Positions 31,683 through 41,431 of a DNA stretch of 41,431 bases are shown piece after piece. A program made the translations under genes and the position numbers. The notes beneath the pieces were generated by a model. It was not told the origin of the DNA. It did not search any database and saw only the letters and a program-made list of their open reading frames with translations. Within the stretch, counting starts at the first letter, position 1. Every line of letters starts with the position of its first letter. Source of the stretch: Ramazzottius varieornatus (Eukaryota; Animalia; Tardigrada); the NCBI GenBank assembly GCA_001949185.1, contig BDGG01000005.1, forward strand, positions 1,061,063 through 1,102,493. The letters are read 5' to 3'.

Positions 31683-34569
31683 GATGACTGTCGAACGCCT
31701 CAGAAGGATGGATTGGGAAGGGATATCTAATATCTTCGCGAGGAGAGGAACGATCCGAATGAATCCATGTTAGACATGATATTACTGTCTCAAATGTCAT
31801 GCTATACCATGTCATGTCAGTGATACAGTACTTGTAACATAACAGGGCGGGCTTCTATTCTTTCTTGATCTGGGTTCGCCGCTTTGGGTTCGATTTTTAA
31901 TCCTTGCATTTGGGTGCATGATGCCTCCTGTTCGTGAGCTATCATCAATTCGACTTCCTTGAAAAATAAATTCTTATATCAATAGATCGACTCTGTCATC
32001 GTTACGGATGGCTTTGCAGACGGGCTTTCTTGCGTCAAGAATGCCGAAAACAACAGGAAAGTGTGACGAAAGAGGAGCTATCTTGCAGTCGAAGACTGAG
32101 CTCGAGGTTGATCCAGTGATCCTGGCATGGAGGTCAAGATGGTGTCGGATGGACTGGAAAAGGTGACGTTAGAGCGATTTCGAGGTGGCAGACATCTTCC
32201 GCTTCGTTCCGGGTCGCGATGAGATCTTCGCTTGTTTGGACATCTGCAAGACGCCAAGAAAAGCAGGTACGTTCATCATCCATCATATACCGCTTTCGCT
32301 AAAGGTCAAGTTACAATGATCTACGTGTTTGTTCTGTACAGTATAGTGGTCCCGTTCTGGCCAGTTTTGCCGTCTACGACGAAAGTGACATTTCGCAAGA
32401 CCAGTTTTGACTGCCGGGAGGATTTGTTTGGTGCTGGCGCCAACTCGTACGGGTTTCCATCCTCAGTTAAATCGTTATATTTATCGAGTGTGGCCTGTTA
32501 TTTGAAGAGTTGTGGTTTTGCTCGACGCATACCAAAATGTACTGGCGAAAAATAGTCGAGGAAATTCCGCCAGCGCCATCTACACCGCCAAGCAGTTCTG
32601 CTCTTCAGACGACGTCATCCCACTACTTCGTGTACGAAGAACTTCCTAACAACGTCGAATGGAACTGGGTAATCCCGGTGTCAGAAATGGAACTGACTCG
32701 ATGTGGTGGAGACCAAAGTCATCGGTACATCATCAGCCTTAGCGTCATTGCAAAAAGCTTTGGATGAAGAAGGACTAATTTGGCCATACCCTGACGAACA
32801 ACTGCAGTGGTTGGTGAAGTTGCTGAGTACGTTGGAAGGCTAGGTACTGGAAGCAGTCAAAGACGCAGAAAGCGAATGGCGGACAGCTGCGTAAATGTGC
32901 GTTGGTGTCACCAGAAAATTAACTTGGAGTGATACAATTTTCCATTTGCTGTAAATCCAACTGCGAAGACTTGCTGGACGAGCTAGCGTGGTATGACGAC
33001 GTTGGAGACTCAAGCTTTCGTCACTGGACCTGGCGTCCTTCAGGCATGCTTTGTTTTCGAGACTGTCAGTTCCCTTCGTACGACTACCAATTTCAGGAAC
33101 AGTCTACTTTGTCACGTACATATTAGGTGCGGAAGTATGACTTGTCCCCCTTAAAACACCTTGACTTCAAAATTCATAGTTCTGCCCCCCTTCGTCCGTC
33201 CATTTTAAAATTTGTTTCCCTGTCAGCCAACCAACTCCCGACCCTTGTTTGACACTTCATTGATTCAAGTTTCTTAGCTCTGGGGTACGGCAGGAATTAT
33301 TTTGGCTGAGTCATGCATAACTGAAATCTCGGAGGTTTTGCTGTTTGAATTCTTTGGAGGTACGAACGCATCTCGCACCGCCGACAAAATCTGATCCGTG
33401 TTTGACGATAAAACACCTAACAGTTTAGCGTGGGTGATTGGGACGATCGGTTTCGTTCTGGAGATTTTTCATTCAAAAGTTCTCCTTACGGAAGACTGAA
33501 ATTGAAAGTGAACGACAATGTACTGACCGATCATGTCATACTCGATTCTTCCCAAACTAGTGTGTAATTTTTACGGTATAAGACTGAGATGTGCCTCCCT
33601 AAAGTCTCGCTGTAAACTTAAACGGAACGGGGAAGGCGGAAAGAGAAGAGAATTTGATACCCCACTTACTTCGCGCGCTTCAGAAAGAACGCAAAGTTCT
33701 GCACTTTTTCCCTCTCTGGATTGCAAACAAGAACGACCCGATAGCAAACCGCATCGATATCGGCGACAACACAGGCACTCCGTAGAAGATTGCTAAGCGA
33801 GGAGCGGTGCGTTTCGACATAGGCTAACTACCACAGAAAAGTTCAAACCGTGAGCGGCACTAAAAGAGAACCATGACAACATCTTGATGGCCACCTCACA
33901 CACCTGACCGCTATAAATCTTTCTCTTCCAGCAATGCGATAACGTTATTCTATTCTTCTCTGGAACAGGCATTATTTATGGAAACCTTCCCGTTGAACAA
34001 ACAAAATTAATTCACGGACTGGACTCACTACTGTAGTATAACTGCTCCGGAGTGCACTCTGAACGAAACACTTACGCAAACTGCAGGAACAGGAACTGGG
34101 ATTTTCCGTTCAGGCTTCTTATAGCAGGATCTGCCTGCTAACAGATTGTCACCTGCTCAAGATATTGGACCTTCTCCAGCGAGATAGAGAAATTTTCCGA
34201 AAGTGGATTTGAAAAGTGGCGTTACGGAACTTATTGTCCCTCTTCTCCCAGGCTTTTGCAACGATGGAACGAAATGTCTCCCAAAAAAATCTCGGCAGTT
34301 CCGTGCTAGTGTGAGTGTATAAGTTGATAAGAAAGATTGAGGTATGGCGTCAGAAAAAATTTTTAACTTCGGCAGGGGCCACGGGGACAAGTCGTACTTC
34401 CGCACCTAATAATGTTCTAGTACTTTTCGTCGGCACTTTCGATGTACAATTCTATCTTTTCACGATCTTTTCACGATCTTGCCACGCGGGATGGAAGTTA
34501 TCACGACACACTGCGCAAGGTGTCTCCATTTCAGGAGAATTTCTTGTTTCTGATTTTAAAGAAATCTAT

Positions 34570-35261
34570 CTAGCCAGTGTAATCCACCACCGAAGTTTTC
34601 GGCATGTAGCATATCCGGTCACATCCTTGCATACAACAAATTCTTCCCCAACCGCCGCAGCTGTTGTCGTTGTAACACTGGTTTCTGCAAGGACTGGCTC
34701 GTATGGTCGATCCGACCCCGGCAGCCGACGAGGAAACCCCGGCGGGTATTCGGATCTCCACTTTATCGTAGCAAACAGGCACTACACAACAACTCGGTGT
34801 CGGCACACAGTACGCGAGCTTTCACAGAGAATAAGAGAGAAGGATTTCACACGAACCAGCAGGAGGATTGGGTGCCGCGGTCACAGGGTTCATTCGACAC
34901 TGGTAGGACTGCACGTTCGAGTTCGCCAGGTTTATGACGGCACAATATTTTCCCCAGCCGCAGTTGACTCCCTGCATTCGCAGATTCTGTCGGTCTCATA
35001 CAAGGTTATAATTAGCGAAACAGGTAACCGGACTGGGACCTACGTTGCAAGGGTTTCCGGATTGTCTGATCGCACCAAGGCGGTGAAGATTGTTGAGGAC
35101 AGCTCCATCTTTCGAAAGAAAACCGAATTTTATTTCTGGCTGGTTCGACCACAAATCCATTTCGATCACTTACTTTGCCCTTCTGCAGCAGGTAATGATA
35201 CCAGGAGACTCAGTGCTAGCACAAGAGACAGACTACCACGAATGATCGAACCGGAAGTCAT
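34570..35261 (-). CDS. Small secreted cysteine-rich protein with a C-terminal WAP (four-disulfide core)-like domain, about 4 exons
   Basis: Signal peptide MTSGSIIRGSLSLVLALSLLVSLPAAEG; 4-Cys module (NPC...VNCGWGKYC...YQC); 8-Cys domain VC...PCRNQCYNDNSCGGWGRICCMQGCDRIC. Confidence 0.7.
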
Positions 35262-36259
35262 GTTGAAACTGAATTACAGAAAGTCTAAGGTCTGGTTGAA
35301 AGGAACTACTCGGATAAACCTTAACGAGATAAGTTTTACTACGAATTTTAACAATTCACGAGTCTAAGTAACCGCCGAAGGGAATGAGATGGAACACCGG
35401 AAACTTGTGACGTCGAACTGCATGTAGCGAGAATCAACAGGTTGATATGAACTTGACATAGGCTTTTCTTATTCTTGAGGCTCAAACAATCGGTACACGG
35501 AAATCCTGGAGGGGAACAAACCAGTGTATGGGCGAATCGGACAAAAATCTCACGAAGCTCAGCATTTCGATGTTGTCATAAGGTGAATTCGACACACAAC
35601 ACGGATGTCGTCAACAAGCTTGCAGTAGCCGCAAGTCTTTCTTACGGGCCTCGAATTATCGCAAAAGTATTCACTACCTCGGGAAAGAAACTGCTGGCTC
35701 AGCACGGTCGACAGTCTTCAAAATGTTGTTTACTATTTCCCACCAGGGCAGTCAGAACTAAATTATTTTCGGGCGTCGTCACAATCTTTTTCGCGAAATC
35801 AGTCGTCTGAGCGGTTCGCGCTAGCCGAATTGGAAATGCAGTACCAGTGTCGAGTAGAGGTGGTGTGCGTATGGTCGGAAGCAATGACGTCGTTGCGGTC
35901 GTATGAAAGGTTGGTCGTTGAAGCAAGTCTCCGGGAACGATGCACCCGGGAACCGAGCGTTTGCATGCTAGAGGTTCCTATCATACCTTCGGCACGTCGA
36001 TGGAATTGATCGTTTTCGAAACACCGGAAGTCCCACCCTTCCCGGTAGAGTAAGGAGCCACCAATACAAGCTATCGTGTACCCACAGAATTAATAGTTAA
36101 CCGAACGATGAACCGCTCGATCGATTAGCACATGCAGTTAAAAAGAAGGCTCTTCCGGCACCCGGCTTTTGCACCAGGTTAAAGTTCACTGGAATTTCAC
36201 CGTTCATCTAATTACTTCACATCCACATCGTTCGGCGGCACTTTCCATCTTCCCGCAGA

Positions 36260-36928
36260 ATGTTCCAGCTCGAGTTCGGTACTATGATTATGGATTCGAC
36301 CATATCAGAGCTTGTCACAGCAATAAGGCGTTTGAACGCTACTTCCTCGTCCGATCCAGAGATCCGAGGCCTTTTGAAAACAATCAGCTCTCGCTTAGAC
36401 ATCGCCACGCAGTGTATCCAACTGAACAAAATACTGGTGAGCTTACTCAATCGCACAGTCGCTCAACATGCCAATTGGTCTTCGTCACAAGGAATCACCA
36501 CGTCTCTCCCATCCCAGTATGCCGCCGATGTCCATGGCGTTACTTATTCTAATAAGCCTGGATCGGACGACCATCTGTTCGACGAAGGGGCCGACTCCAT
36601 GTTCAATACCGTCATTGTCCTGATCATCTTTGTGGTCGGAATCACCCTGCTGATCATACGTTCTACGCGAGGTGGAGTTTGCGAACAATGCCAAGTACCT
36701 GCGGAAGAAGTGGTTACTCCTCCAAAAAAGATGTTTTTCCTAAACACGACGCAGATCGACCAGCGGAGGAGAAGACTGAGCAAAGTCGGGGACCAACCTG
36801 CGGAGCTCACGGCTGTGCGGAAACACCACGAAAGGAGAAACCAGGAAACCGTCATCGATATGGTCTTGGAAAATGAGTCAGATGAGAGGCCAAATAACCG
36901 CGTTACTTTCGCTGAAACTGATCTATGA
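36260..36928 (+). CDS. Hypothetical single-pass membrane protein
   Basis: 222-aa ORF with one hydrophobic segment VIVLIIFVVGITLLII followed by RSTR and a charged tail; no family recognised; start may be 36284 or 36290. Confidence 0.5.
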   Translation: MFQLEFGTMIMDSTISELVTAIRRLNATSSSDPEIRGLLKTISSRLDIATQCIQLNKILVSLLNRTVAQHANWSSSQGITTSLPSQYAADVHGVTYSNKPGSDDHLFDEGADSMFNTVIVLIIFVVGITLLIIRSTRGGVCEQCQVPAEEVVTPPKKMFFLNTTQIDQRRRRLSKVGDQPAELTAVRKHHERRNQETVIDMVLENESDERPNNRVTFAETDL

Positions 36929-37237
36929 TTACTGAAAAAGTTCTTTCTTCTGCTTTGAAAGTTGAACTCTGAAGGATGTCTTCACGCTTTTTGCTTGCAG
37001 GAAATTTATTGTCCGCCAACTGAGTAAATCGATAGATTTTAAAATTTTGGCTAGTTCAATTACAAGACACTCAGCGGATATTCCACGTGCAAGCTTTGGC
37101 TAAAACAACCGAGTAGTATACAAGTATCCAAAACATCAAACATAAAAGGTAAACGGCACTCAAAAGTTATATCATACAAAGAAAGCAAACCAGACTAAAA
37201 ACTGTGGAGTGCAAGGTAATCGATGAGCAATGCGCAC

Positions 37238-38929
37238 TTAGGCCACTTTCCGCATACCCATCCAGAGGACTGTAAAAAGGCTTCCACCAATACCGGAAAT
37301 GGCGTATACCTTTCGCCCCGTTTCGGTACTCCAAAAAACCGCATTCAGCCCGGTAAAGAATAACGCGGCAGGTAACACTTCAGACCAACTCAGCGATATT
37401 CGCTTACCGGTTCCAAGTGACTTCTTGTCCCGAATATAATTTTTGATTATTCTAGAATTTAAAAGCAAAAGTTCAAATTTGAATTTGCAACTCAACTCAA
37501 AAAAAGTATTCTCAGAATGGTTTCGTCGTGAATTTACTGGGTTTACCTGTCTTTCTGATGGAAACTTTGGTACAACCACTCCTGCGTGGCTTTCTCATTT
37601 GTTGGTAGGTCTTCCAAATCTGTTCTGTTGACGACAACATGAAGCTGTTCGTCCCAGCCATGCAAATAATCTGAAAAGGACCAAGCATGGTATTGATCTC
37701 TGTGTCAAGGAGCCGGAAGTTGGCTGAAATTTTCTTCAGTATAATTTTAGAAGACTGACCGTTCATGGTAGGAGCCACTCTTCTTTCCGCCAAGCCAGTA
37801 TCAGACAGTTCCTGGAAGGCTTGAGAGTACAGCACAGTGATGTCGTACACTGCGTTGAAGTGATTCTGCAGCGCCATCCGTGAAAGGAAGAAAGCTTTAG
37901 TCCGTGGTGACAGAACGTGCTGAAGTGCAGGCAAGCCTGCGAACAAAACGGTTCCTCAACATGATACGTTTAGCAGGAAGAAACCTCAAGATAGCATCTC
38001 GAGTGCAAAGAAAGACAGCACCTTCTTTCTTTGCGTACTCTTGAGACGAAGTGAGGGCTTCGGGGTTGTTCGGATTAAAGCGAGTTCCTTCGGGAAAGAT
38101 GATCATCCAAGTCTACAAACAAGAACCCAATGCCTCAGAATAATCAGCGTAAAGGTCTCAACTCATAAGAAATGTTTAAGATGGATGTTTACCTGCTTCC
38201 GGCGTTTCATGATGTCCTCCAGATTTCTCATCATCAGGTCCGTATTGAATTTCCTGCTCCGACGGACATAAATGCAATCGTGCTGTGAGAAAAACAATGT
38301 TCCTCTCCAGTACTTTGAAGTGCCATCACGACAGAAATTCGCATTCATACATTCACTCCTCATTCGCTCGTACTTGATAGAAGTAATAGCCGTACAATGG
38401 AAGAAACCGCAGACCATCTTTGAGGATATACCGCATCTGTCCTAGGTTTCCCTGTCGAACCGCCAGCATGTCCGCCACCACCCAGTCAACTGCGGAAAGG
38501 TAGAAAAGACGTTTATTTAGCAACAGTACAAACTGCGACAACGGTTGAGACGTAGAAAAAAATATCTGCCTGTTGACTGATGATTGGAAATGTACAGGAC
38601 AGATTCTTTCCGATTGAGGACATCTTCGATATCCCCATAGAACAGCACCTAAGAGCAAGATCTTACGTTTGGAGGATTGGATGGAATGCAGTAAAAAACT
38701 GGTCATCTACCTCTACAGGCGATAGCTTCTCGAAGAAGAACAGTACGAGCCTCTGGTATGTTCCCCACATCATGTCGTCCACTTCGCCGAACACCTTCGA
38801 AGGCAAAACTATGCTGACCACACGGAATGGCATCCATACTGCAAAGAAGCTCGGCGCAGTCGCCAGTAGAATAGTGAAGGGAAGAAGATCCGGCAGGGAT
38901 TTCAAGGCTAGCAGGATGCTGGCGAACAT
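37238..38929 (-). CDS. AGPAT5: 1-acylglycerol-3-phosphate O-acyltransferase 5 (LPAAT epsilon), multi-exon
   Basis: LLATAP...DDMMWGTYQRLVLFFFE; NHQS/VDWVVADMLAVRQGNLGQMRYILKDGLRFLPLYG; IFPEGTRFNP; HVLSPRTKAF; AVYDITVLY; C-terminal TM segments. Confidence 0.93.
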
Positions 38930-40614
38930 CTTCGGGCAGAAACAGCTGCGCAGCTACGCTGATGTCGCTGTCTCGCTGATCCCGCGAGCAACTCACAGCG
39001 TGACTGCGTCCGCCTAAAGGAGAGTAGTACTCCAAAGGTTGTAACTCGGTTAGATATCCGGAATAGTCATGGATGAGTTCGAGCCTCGATAAACTTCGAT
39101 CCGAGAATTCTGGACTTAGGAGTATCTGAGTATACCCAAAGGGACTCTGAATCGCCAACTCATCAGAGGAAGCTCGAGCTCCAGACAGCACGATCCTTTA
39201 CTCAGGATGATTCCCCGATTTTTTCTGATTTTTCTAATTTTTTTGACGAATTTTTCCAAGTTTTTGATGAGTCATGAGTCGTGATTTCGGATTTGATCAA
39301 TCAATTCTGTACTAATCATTCGAAGATATCGACGTATTGATTAATACGGAATTGATAACCCTGTTGATAGTACCACCTGACGGCACTGCACGATCAACAG
39401 GGTATAATAATGCACTATGCCTGTACGTACAACTGATGACTAATGGTAAAGACCACTTTCGGTGCCAAGAAATTTCTCTTTGATCTTCCGCCATAATCTC
39501 AGGCTTGCCATAGTTTGCCCTAGTATAAGGGCTTCAGAATGCCTAAACAGCTTTCTACGATGACTGAAGTCGTCTATGATTCATTCTAAAGCTCCGCTGG
39601 AAGGCCAGCCTTTGGGCGGAGCTCTCGCAAAATTGCGGATCTGCAGTTTTCTGAGGACAATGCGCCGATTGCGGCCGAAATTTCAGATCTGACTTAGTGT
39701 TGTTCTGATACGACAGCGGAACTAATTCGAATCCGGTCGCCCATGTTAAGTCTATGACTACAGCGGGCCATGTCGGAATTGAATTCTGCATTATGCCTTA
39801 AAATACATTGTATCGGAACAAGTCAGATTTTGACTTTTGAGGAAAGCCATTTTTTCGAACAGCCTTTCAAAAGGTTTTGGTAGATTTCTACGTTTTTGAT
39901 CGAAATTGAACACAAGGGGATTATACAGTTAGTTAACCCTTATAAGTTACAACCTGTGGCGCTAACAACGACTGCTAACGGCTTCAGTATTTTAGGAAGG
40001 GAGGATGCTGCGATGATCAGCACAGGGATCGACACATCCACTACTCTTACCCCTGCGGAAGTCACTGAGTCACCTGGCCGCGTCGTAATTTTACTTCAGC
40101 GGGTAACCGGTGGAATGAAGGAAGACCGACAAAAGCCGTCCACTAGCAGCCAGGAGATGTCCAAAGATTACGAACACGAAAGAGGTTCGAAGGTAGCAGC
40201 TACCGCAAGTTCTAGCTCGAAGAAATGTTGGTCCACTGAAGTGGGTACGAACATGAAGTAGATCTGTCCAGCTCAGAACTTTTCCGTTTCGGCCGCAGTT
40301 CCGCGTACGTTGGGTGATCGTTCTGGACGAGACAAACGGGTCGGTCGGAACGAGGAGAGTAAGTGGAGACGATATGGATGGGAGTTGATCTGTCGAATCC
40401 TCCGAAAAGATCGACTGAGAGACTCACGGCCACTGAGCACGAACGACTCATCGGGATCGGGAGACTACTGACTTCCGTCGGTCCGTCCTCAGTAGCTTTT
40501 CGGTGGGTTGTTGTATTAGACCAGGATGACTTCGTTCTCTTTTCTTGCAAGCTCGAGATTTTATGCAACTCGTCGCCAAGAACAATAGTGCAGGTATACA
40601 ATGGGTAGATGAAT

Positions 40615-40707
40615 TGAACCAGATCGTCAGCTTAAGTGGCGCGCGTTTTCATTGTTAGTGATCGAAAGTGTGCGCCCCCTCCTCCTCTGGGAAAATTATT
40701 TGGTTCA
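40615..40707. repeat. Palindromic dispersed repeat, copy f (degenerate), next to the right long inverted repeat
   Basis: TGAACCAGATCGT...AAGTGGCGCGCG-loop-TGTGCGCC...GGGAAA...TTTGGTTCA. Confidence 0.55.
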
Positions 40708-40735
40708 TTGCATTTGCCCAAGTCCCAAATTTTCA

Positions 40736-41382
40736 CGTACGAGGAAGACTCCATAATTATGTCAGGGTGAGATTCACACTGTAATTCGGTCAGGCTTTTT
40801 TCTCGATGCCCACTGGACCGAATCTTCCACTGCTTGTTTATACGTTGTAACGACAACTTTGCCGAGTCTTCTATTAAGTTTGAAGAGATTCACGAGATAA
40901 AATGAGGAGATATAGGCTCTGGAAGTCAGGAGCATCCCGCTAATGTTAAAAAGCCTGCGAAATAAATCAAGACAAGGCCGCTAGGGGGCACGTTCGTCGT
41001 TTTTTGCAGAAATGCTTGCAAACAGGAACACCACGTCATGTCGTCGGTTTCTGCGTTTACAGCACGATCATGAACGTTGCATTGGCTCAGCATGGAATCC
41101 ATGACGTATAGCTCTCCCGATACGTGCAGTGATGCCGTACTGCATTGCCAGTTTTCACAAAAGGATATTTCCTGCAGATTTTCTGGTCTTTCATACTGCG
41201 ATATTTCTCTCTCACGATGGCTGTCCGTTCTCAGCTGAAAACAGCGTTTCAGGTGCACCAAGAGTTGTCGTTGGAAGCAGCTATTCACGAGGTAAAGAAC
41301 GGCCAGAGTCAAGCCTCTGCAGCAAAGATATACAGGATCAGCCGTACAACCTTGCGTAATCGCCTGCAGAATTCGACTCCGT
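40736..41382. repeat. Right copy of the long inverted repeat (partner 1-647)
   Basis: Reverse complement of 1-647; 41383-41431 cannot be compared because the left copy is cut by the window. Confidence 0.95.
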
Positions 41383-41431
41383 CTTCCGTTGGTGCTCCAA
41401 CAAAATTCGCATCCCACGAAGAAGACCGTCT

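Noticed and set aside
32008-33252. Possible spliced or degenerate plus-strand gene divergent from RAD51C
   Set aside because: Exon-like pieces exist but I could not assemble a stop-free model or recognise a domain
34315-35367. 350-aa plus-strand ORF
   Set aside because: No recognisable motifs; antisense shadow of the spliced WAP-like gene
39896-40608. Ser/Thr-rich ORFs near the right end, also ORFs at 14099-14628 and 19101-19482
   Set aside because: No motifs or consistent exon chain; cannot support a call
1-41382. Giant transposon or virus (Polinton-like) defined by the terminal inverted repeats
   Set aside because: No integrase, polymerase, capsid or ATPase genes; interior is intron-containing housekeeping genes

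Overview
Gene-dense eukaryotic (metazoan) DNA with many short GT-AG introns; a compact-genome invertebrate such as a tardigrade is my guess, not a determination. Recognisable spliced genes: insulin receptor substrate (IRS/chico), eIF3e, monoglyceride lipase-like hydrolase, a catalytically dead astacin, FNTA, SSR2, a BRF1-like TFIIIB subunit, RAD51C, a secreted WAP-domain protein and AGPAT5. Less obvious structure: (1) three paralogous, same-strand secreted precursors that each end in a 42-46 aa predicted C-amidated peptide (two end FFKLM-G-stop); (2) five SNORD15/U15-type double-guide C/D snoRNAs, one per intron, in eIF3e; (3) a decaying two-gene PIF/Harbinger element nested in a TA-flanked TIR element whose sister copy (with a psq-HTH relic) lies in the lipase intron; (4) six copies of a palindromic repeat plus two other foldbacks; (5) an apparently perfect inverted repeat of at least 647 bp at the two ends of the window. 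Exon boundaries were read by eye and are approximate where stated.
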